A DNA stretch of 64,000 nucleotides from an uncultured Gemmatimonadales bacterium (GTDB taxonomy: Bacteria > Gemmatimonadota > Gemmatimonadetes > Gemmatimonadales > GWC2-71-9). Below the pieces are notes generated by a model. The model was not told the DNA's origin and ran no database searches. It saw only the letters and a list, made by a program, of their open reading frames with translations. The translations under genes and the position numbers were made by a program. Shown piece by piece: positions 43,839 to 54,291 of the stretch. The stretch covers positions 32,001 to 96,000 of the forward strand of contig CAWGSK010000013.1 of assembly GCA_963825055.1 (NCBI GenBank), read 5' to 3'. How positions within the stretch are numbered: position 1 is the stretch's first letter; every line of letters starts with the position of its first letter.

Positions 43839-45827
43839 ATGTCGGCGTGCCGTATCCTCGCGACCCTGGCGCTCCTCGGCGCCTCCACCCTTTCCGCCCA
43901 GCAGCCGGCCACCCCGGCACCACCTCCACCCGCCCGGCGAGCCCCGGCTCCGACCGCCGAAGTGACCCTCCGGCCGGCCACCGGCGACACCAGTATCTTC
44001 GCTGCGCTCGTCATGCGCCCCGGCGACATGGTCCGGCGCCCGACCGGCGCCCCCGGCCCCGCCTACTGGCAGCAGCGGGTCGACTACGATATCGCCGCGA
44101 CGCTCGATACCGCTACGAAGCACCTCCGGGGGGTCGTGACCGTCCGGTACACGAACAACAGCCCCGATACCCTCGCGCACCTCTGGATGCAGCTTGACCA
44201 GAACCTGTTCCGGGACAGCAGCACCGGATCGCTGCTCAATCCGCCCGACAGTCGCTTTGCGGCGGAGGGGTTCCGGGGCGGCTATGACCTGGATTCCGTG
44301 GTCCAGCTCCCGGCGGGCCGCGGGGCCGCGACCGCGATCCCGCACCACGTGGACGGGACCCAGATGCGGCTCGACCTGCCGGCGCCGGTGGCGCCGGGGG
44401 CGACGACCAGTTTCCTGATCGGCTACACGTTCATGATCCCGGAGCACGGCGCGGACCGGATGGGCCGCGACGGCGCGCTCTACGAACTGGCCCAGTGGTA
44501 TCCGCGGATGGACGTGTACGACGACATCCGCGGCTGGAACACCGACCCGTACCTCGGACAGGGCGAGTTCTACCTCGAATACGGGGACATGACCTACGCC
44601 ATCACGCTGCCGGCGGGCTACATCATGGCCGGCTCCGGTACGCTGCAGAACCCGGAGACGGTGCTCACCCGGAGCCAGCGCGCCCGTCTCGCCACCGCCA
44701 TCACCTCGGACACCACCATCGCGATCGTGACCGCGGACGAACTGGCCGCCGGCACCGCGCGCCCGCGAAGCACCGGCACGCTCACCTGGAAGTGGAAGGC
44801 GGAAAACGTCCGCGACGTCGCCTGGGCCGCCTCGCCGGAGTACCAGTGGGACGCGTCGGGCTGGGAAGGGATCCTGGCCCAGGCCTTCTACCGGCCTGCG
44901 GCCACGCTCTGGAAGGAAGCCGCACGGATGACGCGCGCCTCGATCCGGGAGTACAGCACCCGGTGGTTCAAGTATCCGTACCCGCAGATCACCTCGGTGG
45001 AAGGCCCGGTGACGGGGATGGAATACCCGATGCTGGACATGGACGGGACCGACAATACCCGGGAAGGGCTCTACAGCACGGCCACGCACGAGATCGGGCA
45101 CAACTGGTTCCCGATGATCGTGGGCTCGAACGAGCGGCGCTATGCATGGATGGACGAGGGTTTCAATACCTTCATCAATACCTTCTCGGAAGAGGATTAC
45201 TTCCAGCGGAGCGACAGCGCGCGCCGGATCGGCGAGCAGGCCTTCGTGCTCCGGAACGACCAGTCGCCAACGGCACAGCCCATCATTACGCCGGCAAACC
45301 GGTACATCAACAATGCCAACCTGGGCAGCCTGGCGTACATCAAGCCCAGTATCGGACTGCTGACCCTCCGCAACAAGATTCTGGGCCCGGCACTGTTCGA
45401 TGCGGCCTTCCAGGAGTACATCCGCCGCTGGGCCTTCCGGCACCCGACCCCGACCGACTTCTTCCGCAGCATGGAGGACGTCTCCGGACGCGACCTGTCA
45501 TGGTTCTGGCGCGGCTGGTTCCTGACCACCGCGGCGCTCGACCAGGCGGTGGAGGACGTGAGCCAGCAGTACCAGAGCGGGTACAACATCGCCAGGATCA
45601 CCATCGGCAACCACGGCCAGCAGGTCATGCCGGTGGAGATGCGGCTCACCCTGGCGGACGGCACCACGCAGAGCGTCCGCCTGCCGGTGGAGATCTGGTA
45701 TGACGGGAATCGCTACACGGCCACGGTCCGCACCAGCTCACCGGTGACCGCCGTGATGCTCGCGCCGGACAGGATGTTCCCGGATGTGGACTATTCGAAT
45801 AACGGGTGGAGCGCCGGGACGCCCTAG
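43839..45827 (+). CDS. Secreted M1-family metallo-aminopeptidase
   Basis: Signal peptide; GMEYP; HEIGHNWF...WMDEG. Confidence 0.9.
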   Translation: MSACRILATLALLGASTLSAQQPATPAPPPPARRAPAPTAEVTLRPATGDTSIFAALVMRPGDMVRRPTGAPGPAYWQQRVDYDIAATLDTATKHLRGVVTVRYTNNSPDTLAHLWMQLDQNLFRDSSTGSLLNPPDSRFAAEGFRGGYDLDSVVQLPAGRGAATAIPHHVDGTQMRLDLPAPVAPGATTSFLIGYTFMIPEHGADRMGRDGALYELAQWYPRMDVYDDIRGWNTDPYLGQGEFYLEYGDMTYAITLPAGYIMAGSGTLQNPETVLTRSQRARLATAITSDTTIAIVTADELAAGTARPRSTGTLTWKWKAENVRDVAWAASPEYQWDASGWEGILAQAFYRPAATLWKEAARMTRASIREYSTRWFKYPYPQITSVEGPVTGMEYPMLDMDGTDNTREGLYSTATHEIGHNWFPMIVGSNERRYAWMDEGFNTFINTFSEEDYFQRSDSARRIGEQAFVLRNDQSPTAQPIITPANRYINNANLGSLAYIKPSIGLLTLRNKILGPALFDAAFQEYIRRWAFRHPTPTDFFRSMEDVSGRDLSWFWRGWFLTTAALDQAVEDVSQQYQSGYNIARITIGNHGQQVMPVEMRLTLADGTTQSVRLPVEIWYDGNRYTATVRTSSPVTAVMLAPDRMFPDVDYSNNGWSAGTP

Positions 45828-45828
45828 C

Positions 45829-45910
45829 CGGTGAACGGTGAACGGTGAACGGGCCCTGCACGACCCCGTTCACCGTTTACCGCTTACCGTTTACCACTTG
45901 CCGTTCACCG
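45829..45910. repeat. Inverted heptamer arrays (GGTGAAC)x3 / (GTTYACC-like)x6 between convergent genes
   Basis: Read directly; the arms are complementary and could form a terminator-like hairpin. Confidence 0.85.
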
Positions 45911-46621
45911 CTTCCGCGTCACCTTCCGCACCCACCCCCCGTATATCGGATTCGGCAGCAGGAAGAAGCGTGACCCGAAGGCTTCGTCGCGGCCGGCGTC
46001 CGGCAGCGGCTCGCCCTCCGCGGGGAAGTCGCCCATCGCATCACCCATGTAGACCAGCACTTTGACCTGTTTTCCGGGCCAGGCGCACGCGCCCTCGCCT
46101 CTGGCGATCTGTGCCCGCCGGCCGGCCTTGGTATCCGCGCTGTCCCGCTTGAGGCAGAGCAGATCGTCGGCCTTGAAGAGGCCGAAGGTCTCCAGGTTGT
46201 CGCGGGTGGCCTCGCGGGTGATGTCGTCCCGGTTGGTCACGTAGGCCACCTTCCCGCCCAGCGCGCGAACTCCGTCCACGAAGTCACGCACCCCCGGCAC
46301 CATCCCCGCCTCACGCCGCTCCACCCACGCCGTCCACGACGGATTGTCAAACGGCAGGTCGTACGCGAGCCTTTCGAGCTCATAGACCGAGTTGTCGAGC
46401 GTCGACTCGTCCACGTCCAGTACCACCCCCCACGGGGCCTTTCCCACGCTGTCCCGCCCCCGCCGGGCCGCCACCAGGGCCTGGCGGTAGACCTGCCGGG
46501 TCAGGGTCGCGTACTCCGCGGCATCCCGGACGTACTTCACGTCGCGGCCGGTCGTCACCTGGGCGGCCAGGACGCCGGGCACGGACATGAGACAGAACAG
46601 CAGCAGGGACAGCCGGCGCAT
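45905..46621 (-). CDS. Secreted HAD-family acid phosphatase / 5'-nucleotidase (class C, e(P4)-like)
   Basis: LDVDESTLDNS, VTNR, MGD..DF, LPNPIYGGW. Confidence 0.85.
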   Translation of the reverse strand: MRRLSLLLFCLMSVPGVLAAQVTTGRDVKYVRDAAEYATLTRQVYRQALVAARRGRDSVGKAPWGVVLDVDESTLDNSVYELERLAYDLPFDNPSWTAWVERREAGMVPGVRDFVDGVRALGGKVAYVTNRDDITREATRDNLETFGLFKADDLLCLKRDSADTKAGRRAQIARGEGACAWPGKQVKVLVYMGDAMGDFPAEGEPLPDAGRDEAFGSRFFLLPNPIYGGWVRKVTRKR

Positions 46622-46670
46622 TGTCGGTCCTTTCTCGGAGAATCGAAACTCTTGACGGCCACCCCGCGTC

Positions 46671-46707
46671 ATGCTAAATAACCAGCATAGTGCTAGTTTT
46701 TTAGCAT
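46671..46707. promoter_or_regulatory. Double palindrome (two TGCT-N8-AGCA boxes), candidate operator
   Basis: ATGCTAAATAACCAGCA-TAG-TGCTAGTTTTTTAGCAT in an AT-rich divergent intergenic region. Confidence 0.55.
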
Positions 46708-46851
46708 TCGCCGCGGGAGAGGCAATTCCATGGTTCTGCGCCGGCAGGTATCGCAGTGCCGGGACGGGCAGATCATGGAGGACCCCGCGATCCCTGTCAA
46801 CCTTACCCGGGTTTGCCGTGTCTTACTGGCTGACCCCGCTCCGGAGCGCCC

Positions 46852-49389
46852 GTGACTTCTGTACTAGGAATCCTGCTCGCCCTGCAGACGACGGCCGCAC
46901 CGCCACCACCGGCGGCGGCCCCAACCACCATCGTGCGCGCCACACTCGTGCAGACGGCGCCCGTCATTGACGGCCGGGACAACGACTCGATCTGGTCCAT
47001 CACCCCGCCGATTACCGGCTTCCTGGAATCGCGCCCGACCGAGGGTGCCCCGCCCCGCCTCGAAACCGAGGCGCGGGTGGCCTACGATGCCCGGAACCTG
47101 TACGTGTTCGTCCGCGCCTTCGACCCGCATCCCGACAGCATCGTGCGCCAGTTGGGGCGCCGGGACGACTACACCGCCAGCGACCGGATCATCCTGATGC
47201 TGGATTCCTACCATGATCGCAGGACCGGCTACGAGTTCGCCGTGAACCCCGCGGGCGTGAAGGCGGACTACGCCATCTTCAACGACGGCGATGAGGACCG
47301 GGCCTGGGATGCGATCTGGGATGTTTCGACCCGGGTGGATTCGCTCGGCTGGACGGCCGAGTACCGCATCCCGCTCTCCCAGTTGCGGTACAACGCCGGC
47401 GGCGACGGGACCTTCGGGATTCTCATCTGGCGGGACATCCAGCGCTATACCGCGGTGATGACGTGGCCCCTCTACCGTCCTTCACGCTCCGGGTTCACCT
47501 CGCAGTTCGGGGAGCTGACCGGCCTGACCGGCCTGGGTGGCACCGGTCGCGCGGAGTTCACGCCCTATGTCGTGACCAAGAACGTGCAGGGACCGGCGTC
47601 CAGCGGATTCGGGCGCGACCAGAAGGTTACCGCGGGCGGCGACGTCAAGTACCGGCTCGCGTCCAACCTGCTGCTCAATGCCACCATCAACCCGGATTTC
47701 GGACAGGTCGAAGCCGATCCCTCCGAATTGAACCTCGGCGCGTTCGAAACCTTCTTCTCCGAGCGCCGGCCGTTCTTCGTGGAGGGGAAAGGGCTGTTCA
47801 CCTTCAGCGTCAACTGCGTCATCGTGGTGGACTGCAATACGGGCGAGGGCCTCTTCTATTCCCGCCGGATCGGGCGCTCACCCCAGCTCGCCCCGGTCTA
47901 CGGGAACGATGCGTCGGCCAGCGCGACGCGGATCCTGGGGGCGGCGAAAGCCACCGGCCGGCTGCCGGGGGGCTTCTCCCTCGGCGTGCTCGACGCCGTA
48001 ACCGACCATATCGACGGGCCGGGCGGCACCACGCTCGAGCCCGCCGCCAACTACGGGGTCGTCCGCGCCAATCAGGACTACAACGGCGGCGACGGAAGCA
48101 TCGGCTTCATGCTGACCGCGGTGAACCGCTTCACCGATTCCAGCAGCAGCCCTTACCTGCACCGGAGCGCCTACGCGGCGGGACTCGATGCCCGCCACCG
48201 GTTCAACGGGCGCTACGAGGTCTCCAGCTCATTTGACGTGAGCCGGGTGGCCGGGAGCGCCGAGGCGATTGCCCGGACCCAGCGGACATCGGTGCACCTG
48301 TACCAGCGACCCGACGATGATCTGGCGTTCGACTCGACCCGCACTTCCCTCACCGGGACGAACATGGAGTTCCGCTTCGCGAAGGTGGGCGGCAGGGTGC
48401 TGCGCTTCGAGACGGCATACCAGCGGCGGACGCCCGGTTTCGAGATCAACGATGTCGGATTCCTCCGCCAGGCGGACTTCCAGGCCTGGACCACCTGGGC
48501 TGCCCTCGCGTTCCGGACGCCCAACCGTGTGTTCCAGCAGCTCCGCTGGAACTTCAACAACTGGGAATACTGGAACGTGGCCGGGCTGCCGACCGAACGG
48601 GCGTTCAACACGAACGTCCACACCCAGTTCAACAACCGGTGGTGGTTCCACGGCGGCGGCACACTGGGACAGCTCGGGTCGACCTACTGCGACCGGTGCG
48701 CGCGCGGCGGTCCGGCCATCCGGCAGGACCCGTACATCGCCCCGTGGATGGGCATCGAGGGCGATGACCGCCACGCACTCGTGCCCTACCTCTGGGGGAA
48801 CTACTTCCTGGGAGACGGCGGCCGGTCCGAGCGCATCAGCCTCAGCCCGGAACTGGACTTCAAGGTCTCCACCCGGTTCACTACCTCCCTGAGCGTGGAC
48901 TACTCCCACAACCGGGATGACAACCAGTACTTCGGGACGTTTACCGGCGCGGGTGGGGCTTCGCATTACACCTTCGCCCATCTCGAGCAGGAGACGCTCG
49001 GCCTGACCTGGCGCCTCGGATACACCTTCACGCCGGAGGCCACGCTCCAGGTCTATGCCTCGCCGTTCGTCTCGCGAGGCACTTATTCGAATGTGCGGGA
49101 GCTGGCCAGTCCGCGCGCAGACGACTACGACGCCCGCTACCAGCCGTACGCTGACCCGGCCGTCGCCGCTGACCCCGGCGGGTTCAACTTCCGCCAGTTC
49201 CGGTCCAACATGGTGTTCCGGTGGGAGTACCGCCCGGGCTCGACCCTGTTCCTGGTGTGGAGCCAGGGACGGCAGGCCTTCGACCCGGTGGCGGGCGATC
49301 GGAGCTTCGGCGGAGACCTGAACGACCTGCTGGGGCGCCGCGCCGACGACACCTTCCTCGTGAAGCTCTCCTGGTGGTTCGGGCAATAG
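46852..49389 (+). CDS. DUF5916 / CBM9-like outer-membrane protein
   Basis: APVIDG, WTAEYRIP, NPDFGQVEAD, ERRPFFVEG, LFYSRRIG, RWEYRPGS, aromatic C-terminus. Confidence 0.8.
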   Translation: MTSVLGILLALQTTAAPPPPAAAPTTIVRATLVQTAPVIDGRDNDSIWSITPPITGFLESRPTEGAPPRLETEARVAYDARNLYVFVRAFDPHPDSIVRQLGRRDDYTASDRIILMLDSYHDRRTGYEFAVNPAGVKADYAIFNDGDEDRAWDAIWDVSTRVDSLGWTAEYRIPLSQLRYNAGGDGTFGILIWRDIQRYTAVMTWPLYRPSRSGFTSQFGELTGLTGLGGTGRAEFTPYVVTKNVQGPASSGFGRDQKVTAGGDVKYRLASNLLLNATINPDFGQVEADPSELNLGAFETFFSERRPFFVEGKGLFTFSVNCVIVVDCNTGEGLFYSRRIGRSPQLAPVYGNDASASATRILGAAKATGRLPGGFSLGVLDAVTDHIDGPGGTTLEPAANYGVVRANQDYNGGDGSIGFMLTAVNRFTDSSSSPYLHRSAYAAGLDARHRFNGRYEVSSSFDVSRVAGSAEAIARTQRTSVHLYQRPDDDLAFDSTRTSLTGTNMEFRFAKVGGRVLRFETAYQRRTPGFEINDVGFLRQADFQAWTTWAALAFRTPNRVFQQLRWNFNNWEYWNVAGLPTERAFNTNVHTQFNNRWWFHGGGTLGQLGSTYCDRCARGGPAIRQDPYIAPWMGIEGDDRHALVPYLWGNYFLGDGGRSERISLSPELDFKVSTRFTTSLSVDYSHNRDDNQYFGTFTGAGGASHYTFAHLEQETLGLTWRLGYTFTPEATLQVYASPFVSRGTYSNVRELASPRADDYDARYQPYADPAVAADPGGFNFRQFRSNMVFRWEYRPGSTLFLVWSQGRQAFDPVAGDRSFGGDLNDLLGRRADDTFLVKLSWWFGQ

Positions 49390-49396
49390 GGTGCGG

Positions 49397-50068
49397 TCAG
49401 CGGAAGGTGACGAACTCCTCGAGCGACTTCTTCGTGATGACGGGGACCACCGCGTCGTCGGCGGGATACCCGACGACGAGCACGAGAAAGGCCCGGTCGG
49501 TGGGCGGGCGCTCGAGCAGGTCGTTCAGGAACCCCATCGGGCTCGGGGTATGCGTGAGCGTCGCCAGGCCCGCATGGTGCAGGGCCGTGATGAGCATCCC
49601 CATGGCGATGCCCACCGACTCACTCACGTAGTAATGCGGTACACGGTACCCTGCCGGGTCCAGGCCGTAGCGCTCACCGAAGACGACGACGAGAACGGGC
49701 GCGGTTTCGAGGTAGGGCTTGTACTCGTCCGTGCCGAGGTGCGCCAGCGCGTCCAGCCAGGTCTGGGGCGCCCGGCCGTGATAGAACGCATGCTCCTCCG
49801 CCTCCGCCGCCACCCGGATCCTCCGCTTGAGTCCCGGATCCGCGACCACCACAAAGTGCCACGGCTGCAGGTTGGCACCGCTCGGCGCGGTGCCCGCCGC
49901 CCGGAGGCATTCCTCCAGCACCTCCCGCGGGACCGGCCGGTCACTGAACTGGCGCACGCTCCGTCGCCGCTCCAGCTCCTCACGGAAGCCCTCCGCCCTG
50001 CGTCGCATCTCCTCCTCGGGGTACTCGCGCCAGGTGTCCAGCGGCCGGAACTTCGGTGCTGCGCTCAC
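49397..50068 (-). CDS. Nitroreductase-family protein, iodotyrosine deiodinase-like
   Basis: [49 protein letters not shown] overlap with the upstream gene. Confidence 0.85.
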   Translation of the reverse strand: MSAAPKFRPLDTWREYPEEEMRRRAEGFREELERRRSVRQFSDRPVPREVLEECLRAAGTAPSGANLQPWHFVVVADPGLKRRIRVAAEAEEHAFYHGRAPQTWLDALAHLGTDEYKPYLETAPVLVVVFGERYGLDPAGYRVPHYYVSESVGIAMGMLITALHHAGLATLTHTPSPMGFLNDLLERPPTDRAFLVLVVGYPADDAVVPVITKKSLEEFVTFR

Positions 50069-52170
50069 CGGCCTGGCTCCAGGAGCGCGATCGCCGCCCG
50101 GACCCGCTCCGCCGCCCTGGACACGCCACGCGCCAGGTCGGTGACCTCGTCCCGCGCACGCGCCTGGTCCCGGTCCTCCTGGGCTTCGGCGATGCCCGGC
50201 AAGGCAATGTCCGCGTAGCCATTGTTCCGGTCTGACGCGTACAGCAGGTTGCGCCGCCAGGGCCGGCCGACCAGGCCCTCCGGACGGGACATCGCCGGCT
50301 CCACCTGGCGAAGCGTACCATTCACCCGGGCCAGCAACCCGCGAGGGACGCCAGCGGTAGCCAGTCGGGCGAGACGCGCCCGGTTGAGGGACTCCCCTGC
50401 GTCGGTAAGCAAGGTGATCGCGGCATCCAGCGAGTCGTACGGCAACGCCCACCCGAGGCTGTCGGCCGCACGGCGGGATGTCGCGGCCAGGTCCGCCAGG
50501 CGCCGGCCCAGGACCGCATAGTCGAAGGGCTCCACGTCCGCATTGGCCAGCCGGGACATTGCCACGGCGACCAGGCGACCGGCGGCAGCATGACTCAGGT
50601 AGCCGGGGTCGCCGAAACGCTCCATCCAGGTCCATGTGTCATAGGCCGCATGGTACACCCCGATCGGCCCTCCGAAGCCCATCTCCAGCGCCGGCATCCC
50701 CAGGTGGCTGTAGAACCCGCCGAAATCGCTCCCGCCTCCCATCACGCCGGGAGTGACGTCCGAACTGTCTCCGGGCTGGCGCGCGTCGCGCCAGGCCTGG
50801 TATACCGACATGGTATCGTCCGGCTGGCGCACCGCCCGCGTCACCTCGCGGATGAATGGATAGAGGGATGGGGTCCCGGCGGCCCCGAACCGGCGCCCGA
50901 ACGCGGACATGTCCTGGTTCAGGTAGGCTACCAGATGCTGCAGCAGGTCGTCCTCACGCGACTCCACCCATTCCGTGCTGCCCACCAGTCCCCACTCCTC
51001 CGCATCCCAGGTCGCGAAGATCACGGTCCGCCGCGGACGCCGGCCCTGGCGTGCCGCGGTTCCCATTGCGCGCGCAGCCTCGAGCAGGCTCACCGTGCCG
51101 CTGATGTTGTCCGCGGCGCCGGGACCCCAGGCATCGCGGTGCCCGCCGGCGATGACGATCTCGTCCGGCCAGTCGGTGCCCCGAAGCCGCCCGAAAGTGT
51201 TGGTGATGGTCTTCCAGCGTCGCTCCTCGGGCTCGAGCCACACCGCAACACGGACGCGTGTCGCCGAGTCACCGACGTGATACCGGAAGGGGAGTGCGCC
51301 CTGCCAGGGCTGCGGCACCGAGGGACCGCCAAGCTGCCCGAGAATGCGCGCGGCATTGCCGTATCCCAGCGGGATCACCGGGATGTGCGCGACGTCGAGG
51401 CTGTCCGGGGGGAGCCGGCGCGCGCCGGACACGGAGGACCACCCCGGTGTGGTCGGGTCCCCATCGGCGTTCAGGATGCTCCCGCGCTGTACCGCGTCGG
51501 GGCCGCGCATGGGGCCGTCGGGATAGACATCCCCACGGAAGTAGCCGTCATCCTGCGGGTCCGAGTAGAGTATCAGCCCAGCCGCCCCATGCGCTTCGGC
51601 CTCGCGCGCCTTGATGCCGCGGAAGCTGCGCCCGTAGCGCGCGATGACCACCCGGCCCTCCACCGGTACCCCGAGCCGCTCGAGTGCCTCGTAATCCTCC
51701 GCCAGTCCGTAGTTCACGTACACCACCGGCGCCGTCACGTCGCCTTCCCCGCTGGACCCGTTCATCGCCGGCCAGATTCCCGACTGCGTGGTGGGATCAT
51801 CCGGCAGCGCAGGCTCATCCAGGCGGAACCGCCTCGGGGCCGCCCCTTCGAGTTCCACCAGCTGCGAATCCGGATAGGGAAGCCAGACCCGGAACGACAC
51901 CCGACTGGTGTCGAGTCCCCAGGAGGCCATCTGCCGCAGCACGTATTCGGCCGTCCGCTGCTGCGCAGGGGTGCCGGCCACGTGCGCCTCGGCCGAGAGG
52001 GCGTGCGAGTGCGTCCGTGCGCTCGACGGATCGGGAACGGAGGTAAGCAGCGCTTCAATCTTCGACTGCTGCGCCCAGGTGGCAGGGGTGAATCCCGCCG
52101 GGCGGTCCTGCGCGACGGCGGGGACGGAGGACAGCACGAAGGCGGCAGCCAGCAGGCCGTACATGCGCAT
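50065..52170 (-). CDS. Secreted M28 peptidase (glutamate carboxypeptidase II / transferrin receptor-like, PA domain)
   Basis: [42 protein letters not shown]. Confidence 0.9.
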   Translation of the reverse strand: MRMYGLLAAAFVLSSVPAVAQDRPAGFTPATWAQQSKIEALLTSVPDPSSARTHSHALSAEAHVAGTPAQQRTAEYVLRQMASWGLDTSRVSFRVWLPYPDSQLVELEGAAPRRFRLDEPALPDDPTTQSGIWPAMNGSSGEGDVTAPVVYVNYGLAEDYEALERLGVPVEGRVVIARYGRSFRGIKAREAEAHGAAGLILYSDPQDDGYFRGDVYPDGPMRGPDAVQRGSILNADGDPTTPGWSSVSGARRLPPDSLDVAHIPVIPLGYGNAARILGQLGGPSVPQPWQGALPFRYHVGDSATRVRVAVWLEPEERRWKTITNTFGRLRGTDWPDEIVIAGGHRDAWGPGAADNISGTVSLLEAARAMGTAARQGRRPRRTVIFATWDAEEWGLVGSTEWVESREDDLLQHLVAYLNQDMSAFGRRFGAAGTPSLYPFIREVTRAVRQPDDTMSVYQAWRDARQPGDSSDVTPGVMGGGSDFGGFYSHLGMPALEMGFGGPIGVYHAAYDTWTWMERFGDPGYLSHAAAGRLVAVAMSRLANADVEPFDYAVLGRRLADLAATSRRAADSLGWALPYDSLDAAITLLTDAGESLNRARLARLATAGVPRGLLARVNGTLRQVEPAMSRPEGLVGRPWRRNLLYASDRNNGYADIALPGIAEAQEDRDQARARDEVTDLARGVSRAAERVRAAIALLEPGR

Positions 52171-52229
52171 GCGTTGGTATCCTGTGGTGAGGGCGAAGCT
52201 GGAAGGAAATCAGGCCGGGGCCGAAATCG

Positions 52230-53312
52230 CTACCCCTCCGACTGCCGGGGGCGCCGCCCGAAGGTCATGAGTCGACGCAGTCGCCACGTATGGCGCCCGA
52301 CTGGATGCTCGGCGAGCTCACGCCAGCGCGCTGACGGGCGCGCCGGCCAGAACCGGGACGCGACACCATGCATCCACGCCGAGGGCGCATGCTGGAGCGC
52401 GAGTTGCGCGGCGATCGGTGCCCGTGCCCGGCGACGCTCGAGCCAGGTGCGGGTGCCCATCCATCGGCGAAGCGGGGCCTGGGTCCAGCCGCCCGGGCCG
52501 CGGATCCGTTCCGGGAGGCCGAGGCGCCGGAGATCGTCAGCGAGAATGGCGCCGAGGGGATGGTCGATCTCGGTGTCGCCGAGATGCAGGAGTACGTCGA
52601 GGAGGAGGATGGCCTGCCAGCCCCCGTGGCGGATGTAGTGCCGGATCAGCAGCTCGAGCTCGTGCGCCGGCGACGGAATCCACATCCCTTCGCCCCACGC
52701 CCGCCGGTGGGCGAGCATTTCGGCGGTCCCGGGAGACCCGGCCGAGGGCGGCTCGATCCGCCAGTGCACTTCGAGGATGTCATCCCAGCCGGGGATATAC
52801 GGACGCTGGAACCTGACATGGAACAACTCGCGCGACGGGGACGACCACGGCGAGTAGCCCCGGTCGGTCAGGAAGCGGGTGACCTCCTCCACCGATGCCC
52901 ACGGGACGAGAACATCGAGGTCGCGCGAAGGACGGATGGCACCGGAGCCGTACAGGCGCTCGGCCATCGGCGGGCCCTTCATGACCAGCCACGGAACTCC
53001 GGCGCCCTCGAGCAGGTCACGCATCTCGGTGAGCTGCGCGGCCCCGCGCTCCGCGGCGAACCCCGCCAGCCCGACCGCCCGGGCGATGTTGCGGTACGGT
53101 GTCTCCGGGAGGGAACGCAGGTCGGGACCGAGCAGTTGCGCGGCCAGGGGCGCCAGGCGGCTCACCTCGACGTCCACCGCGCCCGCTGCCCACTCCGCCG
53201 GTTCGGGCGAAGCAGCCGGGAGGCCCAGGGCGCGGTGAAGCGTCCAGACGAGGAACGGGTGTTCCCTCTTCAGTGGGCGGCGGCGGCCAGGCAACGTGCG
53301 ATCTCCTCCCAT
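52230..53312 (-). CDS. Nucleotidyltransferase family protein (NTP_transf_5-like), putative lasso tailoring enzyme
   Basis: MKGP..AERLY...RPSRDLDVLV and EVHWRI; start uncertain (53312 or about 53273). Confidence 0.8.
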   Translation of the reverse strand: MGGDRTLPGRRRPLKREHPFLVWTLHRALGLPAASPEPAEWAAGAVDVEVSRLAPLAAQLLGPDLRSLPETPYRNIARAVGLAGFAAERGAAQLTEMRDLLEGAGVPWLVMKGPPMAERLYGSGAIRPSRDLDVLVPWASVEEVTRFLTDRGYSPWSSPSRELFHVRFQRPYIPGWDDILEVHWRIEPPSAGSPGTAEMLAHRRAWGEGMWIPSPAHELELLIRHYIRHGGWQAILLLDVLLHLGDTEIDHPLGAILADDLRRLGLPERIRGPGGWTQAPLRRWMGTRTWLERRRARAPIAAQLALQHAPSAWMHGVASRFWPARPSARWRELAEHPVGRHTWRLRRLMTFGRRPRQSEG

Positions 53313-54136
53313 GCGTTCGACATCTGCTCCAGGTTCCCGGGCACGGTCAATCGCCAGACGGGCACGGCGGCGGCGAGCCCCCCGACCAGGTCGTGCCAGG
53401 CCGGGGTGGGCTCGGACTCCAGCCAGGAGAGGAATCCAGCATCAACCATGCCGGGGAGACGTGCAACCCCGCGCAGGGCTTCACACTGGACCTTCGAGCC
53501 CCTCTGGAGCAGGAACAGGCCGCGGAGGAGGCCCGGTTCCCCGGCCGGGAGGTCGTACCATCCCCGGCCGTCGGGAAGGACGAGCCTGGGCGACCAGTCC
53601 TGCGGGGCGAGCTCGGGGGGAACCCGCAGCGACCCCGGCAGAGGCAGGATCCCCGCTTTTCCGTCCAGGGCAAGGAGGTCATCCCCCCGGACAGGCCAGC
53701 CGTGTCTCGTGGCCAGCCCCGCGAGGGAGGACTTCCCACGCCCGGACGGGCCGGCGATCGCCACTGTCCCTCCCGGGGTTTCGAGCCCAGCCGCATGGAG
53801 CGGGTAGCATCCAGCGGTGGCGATGGTGAACGCCGTCAGCGGCCCGGTGAGCCGGGTCAGGTGCGCCGGCGAATGTGGATCATGGCCGGGGTCAATACTG
53901 AACCGGAGTCCGCCATCGAGACGGACCTGGTATCCGCACCCGTCCGGGTACCGCAGACCCCATCCATCCGGAAGGCGCCAGACCGCGGAGCGCCCCTGCG
54001 GCGTATCCGCATGGCGAACCGCCCGAGGATCCGGTGCGACGGCAGAACGCTCGATGATCGGAAGGGGGAGCCCAAGCGCCGCGGAAAGCGCGCACCACGC
54101 CGCCGACGGATCGGGCGGCGACGGGGCGAGAGGCAC
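53270..54136 (-). CDS. HPr-kinase-like lasso peptide kinase
   Basis: LHAA + GPSGRGKSS (Walker A) + GDD; starts 8 nt after the precursor stop. Confidence 0.8.
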   Translation of the reverse strand: MPLAPSPPDPSAAWCALSAALGLPLPIIERSAVAPDPRAVRHADTPQGRSAVWRLPDGWGLRYPDGCGYQVRLDGGLRFSIDPGHDPHSPAHLTRLTGPLTAFTIATAGCYPLHAAGLETPGGTVAIAGPSGRGKSSLAGLATRHGWPVRGDDLLALDGKAGILPLPGSLRVPPELAPQDWSPRLVLPDGRGWYDLPAGEPGLLRGLFLLQRGSKVQCEALRGVARLPGMVDAGFLSWLESEPTPAWHDLVGGLAAAVPVWRLTVPGNLEQMSNAWEEIARCLAAAAH

Positions 54137-54144
54137 GGAGGAAA

Positions 54145-54291
54145 TCAGCTGCCGAACGCTCCGTCGCTCACGTTGAGCCCGGCCCCACGGGTCAGGTCCT
54201 GGACCCGGCCCAGCGTTTCGAGCCGGGGGGGCTCGAACTCACGGCGGGGTTCGGGACGTTTGCTGTCAGGAGGACGGGACGTGTCTGTCAT
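54145..54291 (-). CDS. Lasso peptide precursor (48 aa; predicted core GAGLNVSDGAFGS)
   Basis: GAGGT RBS; leader FEPPRLETLGRVQDLTR matches (Y/F)xxPxLxxxGxxxxxTx; Gly1, Asp8, C-terminal Ser. Confidence 0.85.
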   Translation of the reverse strand: MTDTSRPPDSKRPEPRREFEPPRLETLGRVQDLTRGAGLNVSDGAFGS

